Positions 1 through 8,055 of a stretch of 53,073 nucleotides of DNA are shown here, in pieces. Numbering within the stretch: position 1 is the first letter of the stretch; each line of letters begins with the position of its first letter. Source of the DNA: an uncultured bacterium. Lineage in GTDB: Bacteria; B130-G9. Made by a program: the position numbers and the translations under genes. The notes under the pieces were generated by a model. That model had not been told where the DNA came from. It was given only the letters and a program-made list of their open reading frames with translations, and did no database searches. The stretch is taken from contig CBDVDH010000021.1 of NCBI GenBank assembly GCA_965372715.1, positions 1 through 53,073 on the forward strand, written 5' to 3'.

Positions 1-17
1 TCTAATGTAACCGAGCG

Positions 18-49
18 TATGAAGGGCGGGGCAAGCACCGCCCCTACAG
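18..49 (-). repeat. GTAG-family REP palindrome (distal half of a REP doublet cut by the window edge)
   Basis: 32 nt identical to 6071-6102; minus strand reads GTAGGGGCGGTGCTTGCCCCGCCCT. Confidence 0.8.
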
Positions 50-76
50 CCACCCGAAACCAATTGTCGAACGTAA

Positions 77-526
77 TCATCTGGCGATGCTGGCCAGGAT
101 CTTGTCAGTTTCCCGAAGCCGGTCGCCTATTCTTCTGGAGATGTTCACGATGACCTTCATGAATGCGTCGAAATCGTGCTTATGAAGGTCAAGCAGCGCG
201 GCTCTCGTGATGATCAAGACCTGCGTGTCGTTGCGCGCTACAAGCGACGCGGACCTGGGCTGGCTGTCGATCAGCGAGAGCTCCCCCGCGAAGTCGCCGG
301 GCGAGAGCTTGGCGATCTTGACCATGTCCTTTGAGTCGCGATTGAGTATGACGTCAACCAATCCCGATTTGACGATGAACATGCTGTCGCCGAGGCTGCC
401 TTCGGCGGTTATGACGGCGCCGGCTTCGTAGTCGCTAGTGATGACCCTGCTGTCGAAGAAGGCGAGCGCCTCGTCGCTTAGGCCCTCGAATAGTGGCGTC
501 GCTTTGATCACTTCTATGTTCAACAT
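77..526 (-). CDS. cyclic nucleotide-binding domain protein (cNMP_binding, no HTH)
   Basis: EGSLGDSMFIVKSGLVDV, GDFAGELSLIDSQPRSASLVA motifs; ATG at 526 lies 1 nt after the upstream gene's TAG. Confidence 0.85.
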   Translation of the reverse strand: MLNIEVIKATPLFEGLSDEALAFFDSRVITSDYEAGAVITAEGSLGDSMFIVKSGLVDVILNRDSKDMVKIAKLSPGDFAGELSLIDSQPRSASLVARNDTQVLIITRAALLDLHKHDFDAFMKVIVNISRRIGDRLRETDKILASIAR

Positions 527-527
527 T

Positions 528-3500
528 CTACTCGTTTCCGACCACAAGCGAAGGCCAATGGCCAGTATTCCCGTCGTAATCCTCAGCGGTAATAGAGGCG
601 GAAAACAAACCCGGTTCCAGAGGCTCCATGTCGGGGATCACTGCGCCATAGATGCCGTCGCCGGGCGCGAAATCGCCGTTTGCGCCGTCGTCGAAGAGTT
701 CCACGTTGACCAGGCCAGCGCTCTCGCAGTCCATTGTTACTGAGGCAACGTCGGAGAGACCGTTGGGGTCGTCGAGAAGAGCAACTACGTGCAGGACGCC
801 GCGTGAGTCGGCAGGAAGGTCCGTCGAGCAAAAACCGGCAACGAGTATCCTAGGCGCGTCCGCCTTAGTTAGCCCCATGCCCGGGTCGTAGATAACGCCT
901 GGCAAGGCGCCCCAGTTGTCATAACCTCCTATTGGGAGGTACGGCCACACGACTATCTGCTCGCCGCTTTCAAGCGTGGCAACGAGCTCCAGTGTGTATT
1001 GGCCGGGCGCAAGCGCCCCCACGTCCATTTCGACCGTGTAGAAGTCGGGTGATGTCTCGTCGAGGTAGATGCCGAGTGGGTATCCAGCGAAGTAAATCTC
1101 GATGCTCTCGAAGGGGTAGGATGGGTTGGCGTAGGCCTGCATCTCGAACGAGCCGCCGGCCGAAGTTAGGCCAGTGTCGCCAAAGCCGGCCGCGAAGATC
1201 GGGACCCCGAATGGGGTCACCCCTGGCCCCATGAGCCAGTCGATGGTTCTGGAGAACAAGGCTTGCCTGCTCTCGTCGCTCTCAACATCGCTCAGGCCAA
1301 ATGTCAGATAGACGCCGCGCGAGTTGTCGGTCTCGACGCGCACGCCGGCCTTTTGGCTCTCGTCATCACCGAAGTGCAAGACCGGGCTGCACCCAGAAAG
1401 CGGCGTGAGGAAATCGGGCGTAACCGGCAGGTCTTCAGTGCCGACTAGGCTGAAACTCAGGCCGTCGCCGATGATGTCTCCGGCCTCCCCAGCGATCGTG
1501 AACTCCTCACCGTTCTCCTTATTGCCAGCAATCTCACAGTTGAAGGTGTCCTCGAAGAATGTCCCGGCTTCGTTATAGATGTGATAATATGAGCCTATGA
1601 GTTGGCCCATGAGAAGCACATCGGCGCCCAACTCCATCGCGTCTGCCACAGAGGTTGGTCGGTACGCCAGATACGGGTAGTGAGACATGTAGTAGGGGTT
1701 GTATTTGGCCTCGAAGATCACGAGCCCATCGGTGTACTTGTAAAGCGTGGATTTGCCGGGCAGTTGCCTGATTTCAGTCTCCCAAATGTCAGCCGAGAGC
1801 CCTTTTGCCGCGAGCGCATCGAGCGTCGCCGATCTTGTCCCGTCGGCGTCAGCGAAGTCATCTCCAACGTAAAGGATATCGCACTGGGGTGTGAAGTTCG
1901 GCGGCCCAAATGCGCAGGCGTTCTTTTTGGTTTCCTCATTGCCGTTGCTGTCGCGAGCCGTGATGTCGAGGAATACATCCTCGCTGGCCGGCATCGTCCC
2001 GAAACCTATGTATAGCCCTTCCACGTACTGGGCGAAACGCACTTGGCCGAGCGCGTCGCCTTCTCTGTTATGGAGCGAGCCGCTGAGCGACGTTATCCTC
2101 CCGGGCTCGATCACGAGCGCATAAATGTAAAAGAAGCCGCCTTGATTGAGCAGCCGAGGGTACGCCTCGGAGTATGCGACCCAGGGCGGAGTCTCGTCCT
2201 CGCCCGTGACCGTTACGGTGAGGCTGCCTGTCCATTTGCGACTGCTTTTCTCCAGAATGTCGTAATCGACCTCATACTCGTAACCGTCCGGCGTATCGGA
2301 CTCCAGTATCTGAATGATGCTGTCATCGTTCGCGGAGCCTTCGACTGTGTCACCCGGCTCAACGTCGCCAAACGAGGCGCTGTCGTTGTAGATCTGCGCG
2401 TGGTAGCCGCCTCTCGCGTTCACGTATGGACTTCTCACAAAAGCTCTCATGCGGACATCAATAGCGCTCGCGTTGCCGGTATTCGTCACGGTCGGCAGAA
2501 TAACGATCACCTCGCCGGGATTTGGCATCTCATCCCCATTGCCCACGTAGTCGTAGATCTGGTGGTCTAGCACCGTTATTTCGGGGCTGCTTCCAAGCGT
2601 TATCTTGACGCTGTCGGCGAATATGAGCTCGCCGGTGCCGTAACCCATCCGGAGGTCGAGCTCGATGACGACATCCGCCGGGCAATCTGGCGAGATCACG
2701 AAGCGGAATGCCGACGTGGGCGCCGCCTTGCCATACGGCTGGATTATCGGGACCTGTATCAGCCCCTCTATTATCTGGACCTGCTCGGATTCGGAGCTCA
2801 GAGAAAGATACGACGAAAGGACCCTGTGGTCAGTTAGATTCCTCATTTGCATGGCCAGGTCAAGCGTCTCGCCCGGGTCTGCGTTGCCATTGCCATTGCC
2901 CTCGACCTCGTTCAGCGCCCAGCTGGCGATCGTGACCTCTGAGATGCCTCTTTTAGAGAATATCTCGACGAGGGCGTCTCGGTGTTCGGAGCCGAAGTAT
3001 TCCTCATCCGCATCGAGCGCCGCGTCCCTTGCATCGAGGAAGGAAGGCGATGCACTGCCGTAGTAGAAGAGCGTGCCCAGTGCGATCCTGTCGGACACCC
3101 CGGCGCCGAACATCGACCGAATGTCCCAAAGCGCTCCAGACCATATCTGACCGTCGTGATGACTCTCGCCGACCATGTCGAACGGATAGGTAAGGTCGTT
3201 GTCGAGATTCCGAAGATACGGCGGCATCCACCACTCGCCGAGAAGCGGGTCATCGTGAAGGCTGCACGTGAAGTAGTCAGCGTAGCCCTCATCAAGTGTC
3301 AGGGACGCAAAATCAGCCGAGGCCGTGTTGTGAACAACGGCGTGTCCGTATTCGTGCATGACCACGTCCGCCTCGTGAGCTGGGTCCTTGAGCGTCCCAT
3401 CGCCAAGATAGATGTTATTGTTACTGGGGCTGTACATCGCGTTGTTCAGATCGTTGCCGTAGTGGACGGTCACCGGTATCGCAAAATCCATCCCGTCGTA

Positions 3501-4562
3501 TTCGAGGTATTCCTTGAACCAGGCGTGCATCAAGTTGACATGATAGAAGACGCAGACCTCGTCGAAGTGGGTGCTCATCGGCGAGTAGTCCCAGACGAAT
3601 GTGGCATCGCCTCGCCAAGAGGCCTGTGAGGCGTCGTCGTTTATGGCCCTACAATATGGGCCTTCCAGACTGGCCGTGATCTCGCCTTCTGCGTCGAAAT
3701 AGCCATCCGCATCGCTATAATACGTCGTGCCGCTCTGCGAGACCTTCATGTCGCGTATCGGCATCTCGGCCAAGGGCGTCTTCTCCGGGTTCTCGTCATA
3801 GACATTGCCCGTAACGCGCCCGAAGAGCAGCTCATTCTTGAAATAGAGCACATCGCCGTCCAGGGCATCGACCAGAAGCACGAACAGGCCGAGCGGATCG
3901 CGGCAGAACAGCTTCACTTCGTGTGCGAGTCGGAATCGTTCGGTCGGCGCGATGACTAGCCTCTCCTGTATCGAGAGATCAGTCTCATCTCTCGGCGAGA
4001 CGAACGAAAGAGCGATGTCTTTTGCGTCCCTGCCAGTGAGCGATGGCTCAGTTTGGCAGTTTATGTCCCGGTAGAATTCGCCGTTAATCTTGCGGACAAC
4101 GCCGGCGCCATCCGTGTGGACAGCGAGTCCTGAGCGCCAGACGGGGATGCCGCTGTATTGCTGCTCAAACACACTGTGAGAGTAGCTGTATGACCTCGTG
4201 GTCTTGACGAGCGCGAGCTCATCCTCGTCGGCGCGAATGCCATAAAGTTCGCCAAGACTGTCAATCGCTTGTCTTGCCAAGTGCGCCTCGTCCGCGCCCT
4301 TGACCGCCAGAAGCCGGCCCGAAACGACGCGAGGCGTGCCAGTCTGGTCGCTGAACTTGACGGTAACTGGCTGTTGAGACGTAAGCAGATCAAGACAGTC
4401 AATCTGAGCGTCGGTCGGCCCCGCTGCTCTGTGAGGCGCAAGCGGAATCTCGGCAACAGGCAGATCGGCCTTCGGTGGGACAAAGGCCTCCGAGAGCATC
4501 GGCAAGCCCATAAACAGGACTGCGATCGCCAATAGACATACGGTAATACGTTGTGAAGTCAT
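528..4562 (-). CDS. secreted M36 (fungalysin)/M4-like zinc metallopeptidase with FTP/PepSY propeptide, Ig-like domains and tandem C-terminal domain
   Basis: signal peptide; FEQQYSGIPV propeptide; HEYGH zinc motif, LDEGYADYF third ligand, ESHHDGQIWSGALW; SD AAAGGAGG. Confidence 0.85.
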   Translation of the reverse strand: MTSQRITVCLLAIAVLFMGLPMLSEAFVPPKADLPVAEIPLAPHRAAGPTDAQIDCLDLLTSQQPVTVKFSDQTGTPRVVSGRLLAVKGADEAHLARQAIDSLGELYGIRADEDELALVKTTRSYSYSHSVFEQQYSGIPVWRSGLAVHTDGAGVVRKINGEFYRDINCQTEPSLTGRDAKDIALSFVSPRDETDLSIQERLVIAPTERFRLAHEVKLFCRDPLGLFVLLVDALDGDVLYFKNELLFGRVTGNVYDENPEKTPLAEMPIRDMKVSQSGTTYYSDADGYFDAEGEITASLEGPYCRAINDDASQASWRGDATFVWDYSPMSTHFDEVCVFYHVNLMHAWFKEYLEYDGMDFAIPVTVHYGNDLNNAMYSPSNNNIYLGDGTLKDPAHEADVVMHEYGHAVVHNTASADFASLTLDEGYADYFTCSLHDDPLLGEWWMPPYLRNLDNDLTYPFDMVGESHHDGQIWSGALWDIRSMFGAGVSDRIALGTLFYYGSASPSFLDARDAALDADEEYFGSEHRDALVEIFSKRGISEVTIASWALNEVEGNGNGNADPGETLDLAMQMRNLTDHRVLSSYLSLSSESEQVQIIEGLIQVPIIQPYGKAAPTSAFRFVISPDCPADVVIELDLRMGYGTGELIFADSVKITLGSSPEITVLDHQIYDYVGNGDEMPNPGEVIVILPTVTNTGNASAIDVRMRAFVRSPYVNARGGYHAQIYNDSASFGDVEPGDTVEGSANDDSIIQILESDTPDGYEYEVDYDILEKSSRKWTGSLTVTVTGEDETPPWVAYSEAYPRLLNQGGFFYIYALVIEPGRITSLSGSLHNREGDALGQVRFAQYVEGLYIGFGTMPASEDVFLDITARDSNGNEETKKNACAFGPPNFTPQCDILYVGDDFADADGTRSATLDALAAKGLSADIWETEIRQLPGKSTLYKYTDGLVIFEAKYNPYYMSHYPYLAYRPTSVADAMELGADVLLMGQLIGSYYHIYNEAGTFFEDTFNCEIAGNKENGEEFTIAGEAGDIIGDGLSFSLVGTEDLPVTPDFLTPLSGCSPVLHFGDDESQKAGVRVETDNSRGVYLTFGLSDVESDESRQALFSRTIDWLMGPGVTPFGVPIFAAGFGDTGLTSAGGSFEMQAYANPSYPFESIEIYFAGYPLGIYLDETSPDFYTVEMDVGALAPGQYTLELVATLESGEQIVVWPYLPIGGYDNWGALPGVIYDPGMGLTKADAPRILVAGFCSTDLPADSRGVLHVVALLDDPNGLSDVASVTMDCESAGLVNVELFDDGANGDFAPGDGIYGAVIPDMEPLEPGLFSASITAEDYDGNTGHWPSLVVGNE

Positions 4563-4761
4563 TGAATCCTCCTTTGTCTAAGATGTTCGGAAGTCAGAAT
4601 ACGGGAGAGATCATAGGCATCTCCCCCCACAGTTCAACAACAATTGGCCGAAGGAGTTTCCCCAAACGGGCAAAAGGGTTCTCCTATCTGGGACAGTCGG
4701 TGGTCAATGCCGTGCCCTGCTCTGGCGATTGCCCTTGCTCAGATCATTCATAGACCCAGGC

Positions 4762-5799
4762 CTACCCTCCTCGGGATGATCTCCGCCTCGGACCTATGAG
4801 GCGAGACACAAGCAGGTCTAGCCTCATGTGAATGAATCCGAAGGTGTGTAACATGAATCGGGGATTCTGATGCAGGCGCGAGCACTTGGCGCAGAGCGAC
4901 ACGTCTTTGAGATTCCTCTCGATCATCGCCTTTCGCATGTTCCTGAGCTTCTCGCCGTTCCAGATTTCGTCGAGCGATTGCGTCTTGAGGTCGCCCAGCA
5001 CGCACTCGCATTCGAGGTCCCGGCAGCAGGGGACGACGAGGCCGTTGCACGTTATCGCCAGACTCGTCCACAAATGCGAGCAGGGATGCGGGCGCCTCCG
5101 GCGTTTTTTGGCCACGTTCAGGTCCTCGTGCTCCGAGGCAAACGTCCCCGCCCAGTTGTGAACTTCGAGCGAGCTGAAGCCCTTAATGGGATAGCCTCGG
5201 AACATGGACTTGAGCTCCCTTATCTTCTCGGCCCTTTCCCTGCGCGAGGCGCCGGCCGCTGACACGTCCTTTATCCGGACAAACGGCCTCTCAGCGTTCA
5301 TCTCGGCTTCGGCCTTCAGAAGGCCGATTATGTTCGCATAGACCTTATCCCAAGATGATCCCAGGCGAACCTGCTCAAACTTGTCCTTGTCCGCACAGAA
5401 GTCCAGCCGTATCGAATCGAGTCCCGCCGCAACAAGTCGTCGGCTCATCTCCTCCGAAAGTGGGGTCGCATTGGAGGAGAGCGTCGTCTGGATTCCAGCC
5501 TCTTTCGCCAACCTGATCATCTCGAAGATGTTCCCTGAAAGTAGTGGCTCCCCGGCCAGGTGCAGCGTCAAAAGCAGCGGCGGTGTCTGCTTGAGCTTGC
5601 CAAGAACCTCGCGATAAACGTCAATTGTCATGTCCCCTCGCTCGCGGCCGAGTCCCTCGCCAGTGGGGCAGAGCGGGCACTTGAGGTTGCACCGATTCGT
5701 CGGCTCGAGCCACACAAAGATCGGCGCGTAAGAAAGCCGCGTCTTGCCGAGCTTATATGCCCAAATGAATTTCACGAGTCGCGCTGAATGTCCGCCCAA
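4762..5799 (-). CDS. radical SAM protein with SPASM/twitch domain
   Basis: CNLKCPLC (CxxxCxxC), GEPLL, C-terminal PCSHLW...GLVVPCCRD...CAKC; exact start uncertain. Confidence 0.85.
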   Translation of the reverse strand: MGGHSARLVKFIWAYKLGKTRLSYAPIFVWLEPTNRCNLKCPLCPTGEGLGRERGDMTIDVYREVLGKLKQTPPLLLTLHLAGEPLLSGNIFEMIRLAKEAGIQTTLSSNATPLSEEMSRRLVAAGLDSIRLDFCADKDKFEQVRLGSSWDKVYANIIGLLKAEAEMNAERPFVRIKDVSAAGASRRERAEKIRELKSMFRGYPIKGFSSLEVHNWAGTFASEHEDLNVAKKRRRRPHPCSHLWTSLAITCNGLVVPCCRDLECECVLGDLKTQSLDEIWNGEKLRNMRKAMIERNLKDVSLCAKCSRLHQNPRFMLHTFGFIHMRLDLLVSRLIGPRRRSSRGG

Positions 5800-5993
5800 G
5801 TCTCAAACCCGATATAATAATATGACGTCATTTGCTTATACATCAAACGGCGGTAGTTTAATCACAAGACGGAACGAGGAAAAGGGAGAAAAGGGAAATG
5901 GAGAATCTGCCTCGGCTGACCTGTCCGCCAAAGCTTGGCGACGGCGGAGGCTACGGTGGACAAGAAACGCGAGAAATGCTTGTGTCGGGCATC

Positions 5994-6102
5994 GTAGGGG
6001 CGGTGCTTGCTCCGCCCTCCTCTGATGTGACCGAACGCTCGCCGGCAGGCGCAGTCTCGCCAAAGGCGGATATGAAGGGCGGGGCAAGCACCGCCCCTAC
6101 AG
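5994..6102. repeat. inverted REP doublet (REPIN-like)
   Basis: GTAGGGGCGGTGCTTGCTCCGCCCT (5994-6018) and inverted AGGGCGGGGCAAGCACCGCCCCTAC (6076-6100). Confidence 0.8.
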
Positions 6103-6276
6103 GCCGATTCCGACAATCGCGTCGCATAAGAAAACCGCCGCGTTGATCTTGACAATCGGCCGTATTTCCTGTATCGTTGCCGTCTGAATGGACAGCGGAA
6201 TCCTCGCCAATCGACTTATGACCCAGCCTCTTCCAGCCTGCCAGTGCCCTACGCGTGATCGCCTGGAAACCGAAGC

Positions 6277-7797
6277 TTGATGATCGTAAGACAGAAGGCA
6301 ATAGTTGAGCGTTTTCACGGTGCGACGGGCGAGTCGACGCACCGGCGCGCCAAACAGGCGCTAACCTTCGTCGTGATTGGCGGCGCTGTCTTCAGGCTGG
6401 CGGTCTTTCTCCACGCCAAGTCCCTGTTCGGGGACGAGGCGCTCCTCGCTGTGAATGTGGTGTTCAGGCCGCTGGGCGACGCGCTCCTGAATCTTGAGGA
6501 GAATCAGGTCGTGCCTCCGCTATTCCTGATCTTGTCGAGGCTTTCCTTATTTGTCTTCAAGAACCTTGAACTGTCGCTGCGCCTCGTCCCCCTGTTGTCG
6601 GGTATCGCAGCCTTGTGGCTCTTCTCGCGCTTGGCCTGGCGCCTCGTGCCAGGCTGGTTCGCGGCTGGCACGACCACGGTAGTTGCGCTCCACTTCGTGC
6701 ACGTGAAATACTCGACGGTGTTCAAACATTATTCGACGGACTGTGCGGTTACTCTCATTCTACTGCTTGTCGCCCTCAATTGGGCCCGGATCTCAGAGTT
6801 TCGGCGAGGCGTACTTGCCGCGGGGCTCCCACTTCTCATCGCGCTGTCCCTGACGGCTGTCTTCGGTCTCTGCGGTTTGCTTGTGGTCTCGCTTCATTCC
6901 GCGATAACAGACAAGAGAAAAAACTCATTCGCTGCTCCCGCCATTCTTGGCTTGAGCACGGTCGCGGTAGGAGGGGTCCTCTGGCTGATCGTCTTGAGGC
7001 AGTATAAAGTGGTCGGTTTCTTCTATGAGTTTTGGCGGGACGGTTTTCCACTGGGCAATCTCGCGTGGTGGCCCGTTTCGGCTCTCGTCCAGGTCTTTGA
7101 TTATCTTGTCGGCTATCCTCCGTTGCATGCGTTTTGGGCGCTTGTCTGCCTGGTGGGACTTATCGCGTTATTTCTGACGCGCCGGGACCGCTCGGTGGCG
7201 GTCTTCTCAGTGGCGGCTATTGTCACTGGGTTGGGCGCGGCCATCTTTCGAGTCTATCCGTTTTCCGCCGAGAGGGTAACACTGTGGCTTGCTCCTGTTG
7301 CGCTCGTCTGCCTCACAAAAGGGCTCGGATCGATATGGCGCTTCCGACCTAGCGCCCTCTTTAAGCCGGTCTCGGCCGTTCTTGTGCTCAGCCTACTCGC
7401 CTGGGCGATCGCCACCATCCACATTCAGGGCGGTGAGCTGTGGCTGGCGGAGGAGATGCGTGCCGTGGCTCAACGCCTGTCTGAGGTCGAGCCAGAACCG
7501 GCGCCGATTCTGGTCTCCAAGTGCGCGTCATACGCGTTTCGCCTGTATTTCAAAGAGAACGACCGGGCAAAGATAGTCAGGCTTGGAGAATGGACGCTAA
7601 CCCTCGACCAGATCGGCCGCGGATGGGCGCTAGCGGGACGTCCACAGCGATTCTGGCTCGTTCTGACGGGCGCGGATTTCAGGCGTATAGGGCCAGTGTG
7701 GCCCATTCTCTCGAGGTTCTGCGTTGTCCGGCAGAGGATAGAAGAAGGCCTCTGCGGGGCGTATCTTCTTCAAGTCGAAGACCGGCGATTTATGTAG
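6277..7797 (+). CDS. polytopic GT-C fold glycosyltransferase (family 39/ArnT-like)
   Basis: many TM segments; SLFGDE, PPLF, ELSLRLVPLLSG, KHYS motifs. Confidence 0.7.
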   Translation: MMIVRQKAIVERFHGATGESTHRRAKQALTFVVIGGAVFRLAVFLHAKSLFGDEALLAVNVVFRPLGDALLNLEENQVVPPLFLILSRLSLFVFKNLELSLRLVPLLSGIAALWLFSRLAWRLVPGWFAAGTTTVVALHFVHVKYSTVFKHYSTDCAVTLILLLVALNWARISEFRRGVLAAGLPLLIALSLTAVFGLCGLLVVSLHSAITDKRKNSFAAPAILGLSTVAVGGVLWLIVLRQYKVVGFFYEFWRDGFPLGNLAWWPVSALVQVFDYLVGYPPLHAFWALVCLVGLIALFLTRRDRSVAVFSVAAIVTGLGAAIFRVYPFSAERVTLWLAPVALVCLTKGLGSIWRFRPSALFKPVSAVLVLSLLAWAIATIHIQGGELWLAEEMRAVAQRLSEVEPEPAPILVSKCASYAFRLYFKENDRAKIVRLGEWTLTLDQIGRGWALAGRPQRFWLVLTGADFRRIGPVWPILSRFCVVRQRIEEGLCGAYLLQVEDRRFM

Positions 7798-8055
7798 CGA
7801 ATGATCCACGAAGGACACGAAGAGGCACGAAGCCGAGCTCGGTGTGGAGCGGGTTCTAGCCTGCCCGTCTTTGCGTCTCAGCCCAAGGCGAGCTCCCTTT
7901 GGGTGCGAGCCGACCCTTGCGGCAATAGGCAGAAAGAGCTGCGGGCGCCGAGGCTCTCGGTCGGCGGCTCGCCGCCCTTGACGGGGTTGGGGGGATGACA
8001 TATCTTTCGGGGCGGAAATATGACGCTTGTAGGATGAGAAGACCCTGAGGGATAG

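Noticed and set aside
4640-4712. hairpin upstream of the M36 peptidase as a riboswitch
   Set aside because: Only short imperfect stems (AGGAG/CTCCT); no recognisable aptamer consensus
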